36,710 nt of DNA from a virus. Its lineage: Duplodnaviria > Caudoviricetes. Made by a program: the position numbers and the translations under genes. The DNA lies in IMG/VR virus record IMGVR_UViG_3300012346_000232, positions 1 through 36,710 of that record; one strand, given 5' to 3'. Under the pieces are notes generated by a model. The model made no database searches, was not told where the DNA came from, and worked only from the letters and a program-made list of their open reading frames with translations. This document shows, one piece after another, positions 1 through 8,495 of the stretch. The stretch's first letter is position 1. Each line of letters begins with the position of its first letter.

Positions 1-2
1 AA

Positions 3-128
3 GCACTCGACATGGCTTGTGTTCTGTGGGACATAATGAACCACGTTAGAAAGAATGACTTGGATCAGGAGAAGTTCTACGACATAATGACCGATCACAA
101 CGTAGATTTAGAAGACTTAATATGCTAA
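3..128 (+). CDS. 3' end of a hypothetical phage protein (partial)
   Basis: Open frame from the window edge, ALDMACVLWDIMNHVRKNDLDQEKFYDIMTDHNVDLEDLIC, ending TAA at 126-128. Not in the ORF track. Confidence 0.65.
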   Translation, partial: ALDMACVLWDIMNHVRKNDLDQEKFYDIMTDHNVDLEDLIC

Positions 129-129
129 C

Positions 130-158
130 TGTCGCAAAAACATACTATATTTGCGACA
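130..158. promoter_or_regulatory. 9-11-9 inverted repeat (TGTCGCAAA-N11-TTTGCGACA) overlapping a Bacteroidota-type -7 promoter element (TATATTTG, 146-153) upstream of groEL
   Basis: Perfect 9-bp arms at 130-138 and 150-158. TAnnTTTG ends 19 nt before the ATG at 173. Confidence 0.6.
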
Positions 159-172
159 AAATAAATTAAAAT

Positions 173-1720
173 ATGAATAAAGTAATACACAGAGATGCTG
201 AAGCTAGAGCTCAGTTGATTGAAGGAATAAGACTTTTCTCGGATGCAGTGAAGTCAACACTAGGTCCATCAGGACGAACAGTAATCTTGCAAGGTCCAAA
301 TTACATTGGAGGTCACCATATAACCAAAGATGGCGTTACGGTAGCGAGATCAATCCGATTTGAGAACAAAATACACGACACTGCCGCACTTATGTTGCGC
401 CAGGCAAGTGAGAAGACTGCATCAGCGGCAGGTGACGGAACAACTACATCTGTGGTATTGGCTGAAGCGTTCATTAACGCATTTGAAAAACACTACAAGC
501 CAGAACACGGATCCGTTATAGACGTTCTAAGAGACGTAAACGAACTGTGTAATGAATTAGTCCGCAAGCTTGACGATATGTCAGTAGAAGTTACAGGAGA
601 CATGCTACACCACATTGCAACGATATCTGCGAACAACGACGAGAAGATAGGCAAACTAATCTCAGATGTATTCGCTGAAGTTGATATTGTGACGGTAGAA
701 GATTCGAAGGGTGACGAACTTTACTCGGAGATTGTAACAGGACTTAAGTTGGATCGTGGTTACGCGTCGCGTTACTTCATCACAGACCAAAAGAAGCAAG
801 AATGTGTCCTTGAGAATCCGTACATTTTGTTGTTTGACTCTAAGATACATGACTTGCATGGTATGGAGCATATTTTAGGAGAAGTTATTAAATCAAACCG
901 AGCATTACTTATCGTTGGAACATTAGAGCCGAACGCGATGAACGCGCTTAACTACAACGTACTTAACGGAAATATTAAGGCTGCTGTGATTGAACCGCCA
1001 TCGAACGGATACAGACGCGACGACATCATGCGCGACTTGGCTTATGTGTTGGACGCTCAGTACTATTCTGAAGAAACGGGTGATGACTTGCAGATGGTCA
1101 CAATGGAAGGATTAGGTGTAGCGCGTAAAGTTACTATTACCGATCAGATTACTATTATCGAGCCAAGAGAAGATGCGCAAGAAAGAATCGACTACCGTGT
1201 AGCTGACTTGAAGGCTGAGGAGCCAAGTGCAGATATCGATACGCGACTTCAGGCAATCTCTGGTGGATTTGGTATTATCCATGTCGGAGCTGCAAGTGGT
1301 GTTGAGCAGAAAGAAATCAGAGATAGAGTTGACGATGCGGTAGCTGCTATTCGTGCTGCTAAGGAAGAAGGAATTCTACCAGGTGGAGGAAGCGCTATCA
1401 TCAATGCATTCATAGACCTTGACATTGATGCGCGCGACGTTGCTTTCGAAATTGTGCACACAGCAGTAGAAACTCCGTTGCGTCAGATGTTATTGAACGA
1501 CGGACGTGAGGATGCTCATATTGATCAAATAGTAAACGAGGTTACTATTGGTGAGTTGGGTTACGACGTTAAGAAACGAAGCTTCTGCGACTTGATTGAA
1601 GAAGGTGTAATCGATCCAACTAAAGTAACAAAGAACGCGATACGCAACTCAGTGTCAGTTGCAACAACCATTTTAAGTACTAACTGTATAATTACTGAAC
1701 ACGATGGCAGTACTAAATAG
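173..1720 (+). CDS. groEL: Phage-encoded group I chaperonin GroEL (Cpn60)
   Basis: Motifs AVKSTLGPSGR, ITKDGVTVA, AGDGTTTS (ATP binding), ISANND, DRGY.S.YF, DRVDDAVAA, GILPGGG and GVIDPTKV. No C-terminal GGM tail. Confidence 0.97.
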   Translation: MNKVIHRDAEARAQLIEGIRLFSDAVKSTLGPSGRTVILQGPNYIGGHHITKDGVTVARSIRFENKIHDTAALMLRQASEKTASAAGDGTTTSVVLAEAFINAFEKHYKPEHGSVIDVLRDVNELCNELVRKLDDMSVEVTGDMLHHIATISANNDEKIGKLISDVFAEVDIVTVEDSKGDELYSEIVTGLKLDRGYASRYFITDQKKQECVLENPYILLFDSKIHDLHGMEHILGEVIKSNRALLIVGTLEPNAMNALNYNVLNGNIKAAVIEPPSNGYRRDDIMRDLAYVLDAQYYSEETGDDLQMVTMEGLGVARKVTITDQITIIEPREDAQERIDYRVADLKAEEPSADIDTRLQAISGGFGIIHVGAASGVEQKEIRDRVDDAVAAIRAAKEEGILPGGGSAIINAFIDLDIDARDVAFEIVHTAVETPLRQMLLNDGREDAHIDQIVNEVTIGELGYDVKKRSFCDLIEEGVIDPTKVTKNAIRNSVSVATTILSTNCIITEHDGSTK

Positions 1721-1961
1721 ATTTATCTTAGTTGAGGTAGTCAACGAAAGAAAAAGTGCATCAGGATTCGAGATGACGGCAGCGACCGTCACTGGTGCAC
1801 TATACCAACGAGGCATTGTTAAAGACAAGAGCGATGAGGTCACTACAATGAAGATAGGTGACGAGATATTTTACAATAAATCGTCAGGTCACTTATTGCG
1901 ACTGCCTGACGGCAGTAATGTATTCGTGATCCAGGAACGCGACGTTGTACTTGTTATGTAA
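1704..1961 (+). CDS. groES: Co-chaperonin GroES (Cpn10)
   Basis: 85 aa overlapping the groEL stop. GroES pattern: LNRFILVE, KSASGF mobile loop, GIV, MKIGDEIFY, VIQERDVVLV. Confidence 0.88.
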   Translation: MAVLNRFILVEVVNERKSASGFEMTAATVTGALYQRGIVKDKSDEVTTMKIGDEIFYNKSSGHLLRLPDGSNVFVIQERDVVLVM

Positions 1962-1963
1962 TA

Positions 1964-2479
1964 CTATTCGTCAGGACTTACAAGAACTGTTCGCTCCTGC
2001 ATTTTCTTTTTACGTAGATCGCGGTTCATTTTACGGATCGCGATTGAGTAAATTCTAGCCTTCTGATTTGTCTTGTCGATAAGTCCATTTATTTTGGCTG
2101 ACTCGCTGATTAACTGCTCACCATTCAACTTTTTGTATACCGTAGCTACAAGTTGCTTACCAACAGTAGTAAGTTCGTACAGCGGCGTCTTGTGGTCCTT
2201 ATCTGATCGCCACATTCTAATCCATCCATCTTCAATCATTCTTTCAAGCTTGTATCGATCGAACGGCATGATCATGCTGTAGTCTTTAAACCTAGTCATG
2301 GTAAATATATCTTCGCTATATAGGAAGAATAACATTTCTAGGTGTACAGTCGTTATGTTGTACTTCTTTCTAGCCCAAGCCATTACGATTCTATGATACT
2401 TTAGATAATCATTTGCTTTATGTCGTCTGTAGACAACTGGAGTAGATTTGACTATTTTAGTGTTTATCTTTTTTCTCAT
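1964..2479 (-). CDS. Winged-helix (MarR-like) putative transcriptional regulator
   Basis: Only convincing minus-strand gene. Pattern YNITTVHLEMLFFL...LERMIEDGWI...LYELTTVGKQLV. Likely start is the ATG at 2479 (MRKKINTK), 4 nt after a minus-strand TAnnTTTG. Confidence 0.65.
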   Translation of the reverse strand: MRKKINTKIVKSTPVVYRRHKANDYLKYHRIVMAWARKKYNITTVHLEMLFFLYSEDIFTMTRFKDYSMIMPFDRYKLERMIEDGWIRMWRSDKDHKTPLYELTTVGKQLVATVYKKLNGEQLISESAKINGLIDKTNQKARIYSIAIRKMNRDLRKKKMQERTVLVSPDE

Positions 2480-2483
2480 AATA

Positions 2484-2501
2484 CAAAAATAGTTATCTTT
2501 G
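2484..2501. promoter_or_regulatory. Divergent back-to-back Bacteroidota -7 promoter elements
   Basis: TATTTTTG on the - strand (2491-2484) and TATCTTTG on the + strand (2494-2501), in the 27-bp gap between divergent ATGs at 2479 and 2507. Confidence 0.75.
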
Positions 2502-2506
2502 TGGAT

Positions 2507-2677
2507 ATGAAAGCAAAAATGATAAAAGAATATGGAGGTAAGGAGACTTATCCTTCTAAGAAAGCCATGAGAATTCATGAGAAGTCTGAGTCTAAGTCCA
2601 TGGAAAAAATGGAGAAGCTTGAGAAAAAGAAACGAGGATTCAAACTAAGAGGAAATGGCGCTGGGCAGAACTGCTAA
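2507..2677 (+). CDS. Small Lys/Glu-rich hypothetical protein (56 aa)
   Basis: MKAKMIKEYGGKETYPSKKAMRIHEKSE.... The ATG at 2507 follows the promoter element, whereas the track's start at 2420 overlaps the antisense gene. Confidence 0.7.
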   Translation: MKAKMIKEYGGKETYPSKKAMRIHEKSESKSMEKMEKLEKKKRGFKLRGNGAGQNC

Positions 2678-2927
2678 GTACTACAAGGAAAATCCTGAAG
2701 CTTACGCAAAGAAACTCGCGTACCAAAAGAAGCTTAATAAAAAGCCGTCTGAGGTAGAGCGAAGAGTAGAGCTTAACAGAGTTAACAGACAGAATCATGC
2801 TGCTGGCAAAAGTTCAGTAGGTGATGGTAAGGATGTTTCTCACATGAAGAACGGGAAAACGACTTTAGAGAAAGCAAAGACTAACAGAGCTAGACAAGGT
2901 GCAAACGGTAAAACAACAAAGAAATAA
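2655..2927 (+). CDS. Small basic protein with a minimal HNH-like motif
   Basis: GDGKDVSH...NRAR resembles short phage HNH proteins. Very basic N-terminus. Confidence 0.55.
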   Translation: MALGRTAKYYKENPEAYAKKLAYQKKLNKKPSEVERRVELNRVNRQNHAAGKSSVGDGKDVSHMKNGKTTLEKAKTNRARQGANGKTTKK

Positions 2928-3190
2928 TGGCAACACAAAAATTACAAGTAAGTAGAGCTGCGGCAGTAACGCCAAGTAATACTGTAGATATTCCATATGT
3001 AGGATACCCAAGTGGACCTACATTAGCATGTGTAATTTACACAGGTTCAGGTGGCGATATTAAAGTTATGACTGACGGTGGAGATGAAGTAACATTCGTT
3101 TCAACTAATCCTGGTACATTCTTGCCTGTTCAAGTGAACAGAGTATTTGCTGAAGGTACTACAGCTACAAACATTTTAGCTCTTTGGTAA
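2927..3190 (+). CDS. Head-spike base protein (RcGTA Rcc01079-like)
   Basis: AVTPSNTVDI...IYTGSGGDIKV...VTF...GTFLPVQVNRVFAEGTTATNILALW matches the recalled family pattern. Confidence 0.8.
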   Translation: MATQKLQVSRAAAVTPSNTVDIPYVGYPSGPTLACVIYTGSGGDIKVMTDGGDEVTFVSTNPGTFLPVQVNRVFAEGTTATNILALW

Positions 3191-3191
3191 G

Positions 3192-3344
3192 ATGCCATCG
3201 ATTAACGCTATAGCAATTGCGATACAGACGGATTCTATTGCAAGCACAGATATTGTCAGTAAAATTATAGCTACATTTAAAGCTAGAGGAGGTACTTTTG
3301 AGGCTGAATCTTGCTTGAGATCATTTTTAAATACAATAACATGA
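3192..3344 (+). CDS. 50-aa hypothetical protein, possible spike anchor/adaptor
   Basis: MPSINAIAIAIQTDSIASTDIVSKIIATFKARGGTFEAESCLRSFLNTIT*. Starts 1 nt after the previous stop and has an ATGA overlap with the next gene. Not in the ORF track. Confidence 0.75.
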   Translation: MPSINAIAIAIQTDSIASTDIVSKIIATFKARGGTFEAESCLRSFLNTIT

Positions 3345-4537
3345 GTTTATACGATGATGCTTCGTTCATATTAACACCAAATCAATACGTAGCTGGATCT
3401 ATTTATGCGCTTAAGCCTGTAGATGGAAGTGGAGACATGTCTGTTATTAGAGGATCTTATGCAAATAGGGTCGATTCAAGTAATATGCTTGAGTATATGT
3501 CAGAGAATATTCCAAGATTAGATTATAGCAATGGAACTTGCCCGACTATATTAATTGAGCCACAAAGAACGAATTTAAGATTTTACAGTGAAAAATTAAT
3601 TGTCGGATTCGGTTTTGATTTTGCAGGAGGAGTATTTACAGTAACAGAGAATACAACAGATACTATTGATCCATTCGGAACAAATAAAGCAGAAAAGTTT
3701 GATACTACTTCCGCTAATAATAATGATATTTACACAATTACTTCTGGAAGCGGTAATATAACATATAGTATTTTTGCTAAAAAAGGCACATCTAATACTA
3801 TAACGCTATTTCATACAAATGTTATAACAAGCAATACGTTTGAAGCTTCTTTTGATTTAAATACAGGAACAGTAACAAGTACTTCAGGTACTGTTACCGC
3901 AAATATTCAAGAGTTTAATTTCGGCTGGTATAGATGCTCTATAACAGGAGTCGATACTTCATCTTCTGGTAATATATTTAGAACTTTGACTAATATAGGT
4001 ACATCTTACTTATTTGGTCAACAACTTGAGCAAGGATATTATGTAACATCTTATATACCAACAGATACATCAAGTGTAACGCGAATCGCTGATTCAGTTA
4101 ATAAAACAGGAATTAGCGATCTAATTGGACAAACAGAAGGAACTATTTTATTTGACTTCTACTACAATGGAGAATCAAAGGATTTTATTCCTATTGAATT
4201 GTATAACGGTTCAAATAGGATTGATTTATACATAGCAGGTAATAAATTACTTTACTTTGAATTTTCAACTGGAGCATTTCTACAATATAACACACCTTTA
4301 GTAAAAGGCAGGTATAAGATTTGCGGTGCGTATAAAAATAATGATTTTGCATTATATGTAAATGGAGTACAAGTTGATACAGAATCAAGCGGAACTGTTC
4401 CTACATGCAGCGCTATAAATATATCTGATGTATCTTTTTCTTTAGGTACTTATAAACAGCAAATTGGATTAAATGTATTAGGACTATGGATGACTAGGCT
4501 ACCAAATATTCAACTTGCACAATTGACAACATTATGA
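3341..4537 (+). CDS. Head-spike fibre protein (Rcc01080-like) with C-terminal LamG/ConA-like domain
   Basis: PRLDYSNG..PTILIEPQRTNL and QLEQGYYVTSYIPT..SSVTRIAD motifs, then EGTILFDF...ALYVNG. Start placed at ATG 3341 (ATGA coupling). Confidence 0.75.
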   Translation: MSLYDDASFILTPNQYVAGSIYALKPVDGSGDMSVIRGSYANRVDSSNMLEYMSENIPRLDYSNGTCPTILIEPQRTNLRFYSEKLIVGFGFDFAGGVFTVTENTTDTIDPFGTNKAEKFDTTSANNNDIYTITSGSGNITYSIFAKKGTSNTITLFHTNVITSNTFEASFDLNTGTVTSTSGTVTANIQEFNFGWYRCSITGVDTSSSGNIFRTLTNIGTSYLFGQQLEQGYYVTSYIPTDTSSVTRIADSVNKTGISDLIGQTEGTILFDFYYNGESKDFIPIELYNGSNRIDLYIAGNKLLYFEFSTGAFLQYNTPLVKGRYKICGAYKNNDFALYVNGVQVDTESSGTVPTCSAINISDVSFSLGTYKQQIGLNVLGLWMTRLPNIQLAQLTTL

Positions 4538-4830
4538 TAGCAAAATTAAAATACATAGATAAGGATGAAGCTATTTCAGATTTATTAGCTAAAGGAGTTT
4601 TAGTCAGATCAACTGATTTAGATGGAAATGAAACTAATTCATATGCATCTGAAACAAAAGCTGTTGTTTATATTGGACGTATTGTAGATACACCAGCTGT
4701 GATTGAAAATCAACAAATTGTTACTGAAGCTACTTTTCTAGATGGATATCATGTTGATGTGATGACTGATTTAGAAATTAAGTTTGATAACGAAATATTT
4801 CCAAATAATCCAAAACATAGATTTGCATGA
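4534..4830 (+). CDS. Small fibre-associated protein (putative chaperone)
   Basis: 98 aa, translationally coupled between two fibre genes. GYHVDV...PNNPKHRFA C-terminus. Confidence 0.5.
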   Translation: MIAKLKYIDKDEAISDLLAKGVLVRSTDLDGNETNSYASETKAVVYIGRIVDTPAVIENQQIVTEATFLDGYHVDVMTDLEIKFDNEIFPNNPKHRFA

Positions 4831-6569
4831 TAGAACTTCGCCCAGCTAAATATCTTTTAGGCAGGCTAGTTCCAATGGATAACAATGATAAGATTCCGTT
4901 ATTCAATTTGGGATCTGGCACCTATGATAATACAAAGTTTCTTCGTGGAGATGGAACATGGGCTGTGCCATCTGGTGGTGGAGGAAGTTACGTTCCGTAT
5001 ACTGGAGCCACAGGTAACGTTGATTTAGGTGAATATGGTTTATCAGCTGGATGGATACAAATTGATACAACTCCAACTACATATACTCCAGGAGTAGGTA
5101 AGTTAGGGTGGAATAATTCAGATGGTACTTTAGAATTCAAGCTTTTAGGAGGAAACGTTACTTTACAGATTGGACAAGAACAAGTTGCGCGAGTTGTAAA
5201 TAAAACAGATCCATTAATAGACTTATTAGAAGCCAACTATCAAGTAGTTAAGATTGGAGGAGCTCAAGGTAATAGACTTAAGGTTGCTTTAGCACAAGCA
5301 AATAATGATGCTAATAGTGCTGAGACTTTAGGTATGGTTACTGAAACTATACTACAAAATCAAGAAGGGTTTATTACAACTAGCGGTCTTGTAAAAAATA
5401 TTAATACAACTGGGTCATTACAAGGTGAAACTTGGGCTGACGGTGATATGTTGTATTTATCTGGAACAGTAGCAGGTAGAGTAACTAAGATTAAACCTAC
5501 AGCACCTACACACACAGTTATAATAGGTTACGTTGTTCGGGCTCACATAACTCAAGGTCAGATTTATGTAAAGATAGATAATGGATATGAGCTTGGTGAG
5601 TTACATGACGTAAATACTACAATAAGTAAAACAACTCCAGTAGATGCTGACTCTGTTTTATTACAAGATACAGAAGATAGCAATATCTGGAAGAAGTTAA
5701 GTTGGGCTAATGTAAAAGCAACACTTAAGACTTATTTTGACACGTTGTATCAGGCAGCAGGAAGCTATGTACCAACTTCTCGTACACTTACTATAAATAG
5801 CACTACTCAAGATTTATCATCTGATAGATCATGGACAATTGATAAGGCTTCAGTTGGACTAGGCAATGTAGACAATACAAGTGATGCAAATAAACCAGTT
5901 AGCACAGCGCAAGCTGCTGCTATTGCGCTAAAACAAGATACGCTTGTATCAGGAACAAACATTAAATCAATAAACGGAAACTCACTTTTAGGAAGTGGAG
6001 ATTTAACTATCAGTGGTAGTGGAAATATTTTAGCTACACACGTATTAGTAAAACCGAGAAGTGGATTTTATTACGGTACAGGAGTAGGAATAGCTACAAA
6101 TGTTACAACGATGACAAGCGGTGTTTTGACTTTAAGTGCATTTACACCAGCCTATGACTTAACTGTTAGTGAATTAACAATGCAAGTTACTACTTTGTTG
6201 ATTGGTGGACTTTTAAAAGTCGTAATTTATAGTGATTTAGATGGAGTTCCGTATTCTAAATTATTCGAATCAGCTACTGCTATAACTACTACAACTGGAA
6301 CTAAAACAGTCACAGGATTTTCATTCACATTTAATGCGGGTACTACTTATTGGATTTCAATGGTTTCAAATGGTGCTGTTGGGGTAAGAGCATTAACATC
6401 TACAACTGCTCCTTTTGCTCCTATAATTGCTAACTCAAGTACAACTCAATTTTATCAATCTTGGTTTATTGCGAGTTCATTCTTATCACTTCCAGCAACA
6501 TTAACAACACCAACTTCTGGGAATTTGAATGGTGGTGCAATACCTTATGTAATATTTAGAGCAACATAA
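4827..6569 (+). CDS. Tail/head fibre protein
   Basis: Thr/Gly-rich, with recurrent phage fibre motifs KFLRGDGTW, YVPYTGATGNVDLG, VGLGNVDNTSDANKPVS and KQDTLVSGTNIKSING. Confidence 0.75.
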   Translation: MIELRPAKYLLGRLVPMDNNDKIPLFNLGSGTYDNTKFLRGDGTWAVPSGGGGSYVPYTGATGNVDLGEYGLSAGWIQIDTTPTTYTPGVGKLGWNNSDGTLEFKLLGGNVTLQIGQEQVARVVNKTDPLIDLLEANYQVVKIGGAQGNRLKVALAQANNDANSAETLGMVTETILQNQEGFITTSGLVKNINTTGSLQGETWADGDMLYLSGTVAGRVTKIKPTAPTHTVIIGYVVRAHITQGQIYVKIDNGYELGELHDVNTTISKTTPVDADSVLLQDTEDSNIWKKLSWANVKATLKTYFDTLYQAAGSYVPTSRTLTINSTTQDLSSDRSWTIDKASVGLGNVDNTSDANKPVSTAQAAAIALKQDTLVSGTNIKSINGNSLLGSGDLTISGSGNILATHVLVKPRSGFYYGTGVGIATNVTTMTSGVLTLSAFTPAYDLTVSELTMQVTTLLIGGLLKVVIYSDLDGVPYSKLFESATAITTTTGTKTVTGFSFTFNAGTTYWISMVSNGAVGVRALTSTTAPFAPIIANSSTTQFYQSWFIASSFLSLPATLTTPTSGNLNGGAIPYVIFRAT

Positions 6570-6571
6570 TC

Positions 6572-6724
6572 ATGGCGCAAATTAGAAACGAAATATATGA
6601 TGAAAACGGATTAGTAGAAGTTCGTTTTATCGAAGTAGATGAGCCTACACAAGAGGAATTAATTGCAGATAAAGAAGCTCAACTTTTAGCGTTGTACCAA
6701 GAATTACAATTACTTAAAAAATAG
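6572..6724 (+). CDS. 50-aa acidic/coiled-coil protein (putative fibre chaperone)
   Basis: MAQIRNEIYDENGLVEVRFIEVDEPTQEELIADKEAQLLALYQELQLLKK* fills the gap after the fibre gene exactly. Not in the ORF track. Confidence 0.75.
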   Translation: MAQIRNEIYDENGLVEVRFIEVDEPTQEELIADKEAQLLALYQELQLLKK

Positions 6725-6732
6725 TATCTTTG
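6725..6732 (+). promoter_or_regulatory. Bacteroidota -7 promoter element (TATCTTTG), lysis cassette
   Basis: Directly after the stop at 6724 and 6 nt before ATG 6739. Confidence 0.7.
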
Positions 6733-6738
6733 CATCTT

Positions 6739-7173
6739 ATGAGATTATACTTATTTATACTTGTCTTAGCAGCAATTAGTTGCACTCCACAGCGTAGATT
6801 CACTAGGCTTATCGAGAAACACCCATACTTACTTACAACAGATTCTATACAATTAATTGATACAGTTAGAGTTATAGTTCCAGAGGTTAAGGTAGATACT
6901 GTAGTTCAAGTTGATAGACTTCATGATACTATTACGATACAAAAAGATCAACTTACTGTTCGCGTTTGGATGAAAGGCGATAGTGTTTATGTTCAAGGAG
7001 AATCTGATACCGTTATTGTAGATAGAATAATCAATAGAACAATACCTGTAAAATATTACGCTAAACAAGATAAAGGATTTGTATGGAAATTCTTCTTAAT
7101 GGGAGTTTCGATTACGTTCTTTTTGTTATTCTTAGTGTACTTAGTTTACAAATATTACCTGAACAAAAGATGA
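6739..7173 (+). CDS. Putative unimolecular spanin (lipoprotein with C-terminal TM helix)
   Basis: Signal/lipobox MRLYLFILVLAAIS-C, a beta-rich Val/Asp/Thr middle, and a C-terminal TM segment FFLMGVSITFFLLFLVYLVY. Next to holin-like genes and the endolysin. Confidence 0.65.
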   Translation: MRLYLFILVLAAISCTPQRRFTRLIEKHPYLLTTDSIQLIDTVRVIVPEVKVDTVVQVDRLHDTITIQKDQLTVRVWMKGDSVYVQGESDTVIVDRIINRTIPVKYYAKQDKGFVWKFFLMGVSITFFLLFLVYLVYKYYLNKR

Positions 7174-7430
7174 ATCAGTACGTACAATTTGGATTAATTA
7201 CCGCTGTTGGTATAATTGGATATTTTTTAAAGATGGTCCATAGTGATGTTAGAAAAGCTGTAGAAGATACAGGAAAACTAAAAGGCAAGATTGAACTTGT
7301 TGAGCAAGAAAGTAGATTAAAGTACCAACAGATACTGGAAACAACCCAATTGGAAATACGTAACTTAACAAAAAATATAAGTGACTTAGCAGAAGCTGTT
7401 AAAGAGCTTATGATTAAAATGAATAAATGA
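7170..7430 (+). CDS. Holin-like/XhlA-like protein (N-terminal TM plus coiled coil)
   Basis: MNQYVQFGLITAVGIIGYFLK followed by heptad repeats. ATGA coupling at 7170. Confidence 0.55.
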   Translation: MNQYVQFGLITAVGIIGYFLKMVHSDVRKAVEDTGKLKGKIELVEQESRLKYQQILETTQLEIRNLTKNISDLAEAVKELMIKMNK

Positions 7431-7612
7431 AGCAAATATTCTGTGACGAAAATGGACAGCTATCTAGTAAAAGGGTAGTTGGAGTGCTTGGCTCGCTGTC
7501 ACTTATGATTGCTTTATTTATAGAAAGAACAGACGCGTTAGTTTGGGCTGTAGCGTTTCTAGCAGGAGGCGCGCTAGGTATAACTACTATTGAGAAAATA
7601 TTCAAAAAATGA
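7427..7612 (+). CDS. Holin-like two-TM membrane protein
   Basis: 61 aa with SSKRVVG and two hydrophobic segments, immediately upstream of the endolysin. Confidence 0.6.
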   Translation: MKQIFCDENGQLSSKRVVGVLGSLSLMIALFIERTDALVWAVAFLAGGALGITTIEKIFKK

Positions 7613-8223
7613 GTTTAGTTAATCTTCAAAAAAAGATAGGAGTAGATCCTGATGGGGATTTTGGACCTAATACATTAAAGAAAGCTGCTAAGTTTTACAA
7701 GTTAAATCCAGAGCGAGCAGCGCATTTCTTTGCGCAACTTTCACATGAAAGTGCAGAGTTTAAATTCTTTACTGAAAACTTAAACTACTCAGCTGAAGGA
7801 CTCAAGAAAACATTCCCTAAGTATTTCCCTACAAGTATAATAGCTAACGCTTATGCACGCAATCCAGAGAAGATTGCAAGTAGAGCTTACGCTAATAGAA
7901 TGGGTAACGGAGATGAGGCTTCTAAAGATGGATGGAAGTTTAGAGGACGAGGAGCTATTCAGTTGACTGGTAAATCTAACTATCAAAACTTCGCTAACCA
8001 CATTAAGAATCAAGAGATCATGACTAACCCAGATTTAGTTTCTTCAGATTACGCTTTTGAATCTGCATTATTTTTCTTTGATAGAAATAAGCTATGGGAT
8101 ATTTGCGACAAGGGAGTTACTGACGCTACGATACTTTCAGTTACTAAACGAATAAATGGAGGAACAAATGGTTTATCACATAGATCTGAATTAACTAAAA
8201 AATATTACGGATGGCTAAAGTAA
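7609..8223 (+). CDS. Endolysin, glycoside hydrolase family 19, with short N-terminal PG-binding-like motif
   Basis: AHFFAQLSHES, ENLNYS, YANRMGNG, FRGRGAIQLTGKSNY and TKRINGGTNGL. N-terminal LQKKIGVDPDGDFGPNT. Confidence 0.92.
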   Translation: MSLVNLQKKIGVDPDGDFGPNTLKKAAKFYKLNPERAAHFFAQLSHESAEFKFFTENLNYSAEGLKKTFPKYFPTSIIANAYARNPEKIASRAYANRMGNGDEASKDGWKFRGRGAIQLTGKSNYQNFANHIKNQEIMTNPDLVSSDYAFESALFFFDRNKLWDICDKGVTDATILSVTKRINGGTNGLSHRSELTKKYYGWLK

Positions 8224-8348
8224 AGGAAACGGGATCTGCTAAAAGCGCAGTAAAGGTAAGCAGACCAGGTGTGCATGGTAAGACCAAGCAGAGTAAACTT
8301 AAGAGCAGCAAGCTATATACTAAAAAATACAGAGGTCAAGGTAAGTAA
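8211..8348 (+). CDS. 45-aa highly basic microprotein
   Basis: MAKVKETGSAKSAVKVSRPGVHGKTKQSKLKSSKLYTKKYRGQGK*. Overlaps the endolysin stop. Not in the ORF track. Confidence 0.75.
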   Translation: MAKVKETGSAKSAVKVSRPGVHGKTKQSKLKSSKLYTKKYRGQGK

Positions 8349-8359
8349 TTAAAAATAAT

Positions 8360-8367
8360 TATCTTTG
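8360..8367 (+). promoter_or_regulatory. Bacteroidota -7 promoter element (TATCTTTG)
   Basis: Intergenic, 4 nt before ATG 8372. Confidence 0.65.
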
Positions 8368-8371
8368 TACA

Positions 8372-8482
8372 ATGGGAGAAGCTGTTAAAGTTATTATACT
8401 TGGTACTGAAGGAGAGTTCATTATAGAACTACCAGTAGGAGTAAAGTGCGATACTATAATAGATTTCTTGAAAAACTTTTAA
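8372..8482 (+). CDS. 36-aa hypothetical microprotein
   Basis: MGEAVKVIILGTEGEFIIELPVGVKCDTIIDFLKNF*, immediately after the promoter element. Confidence 0.55.
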   Translation: MGEAVKVIILGTEGEFIIELPVGVKCDTIIDFLKNF

Positions 8483-8495
8483 AAACAGATAAAAA

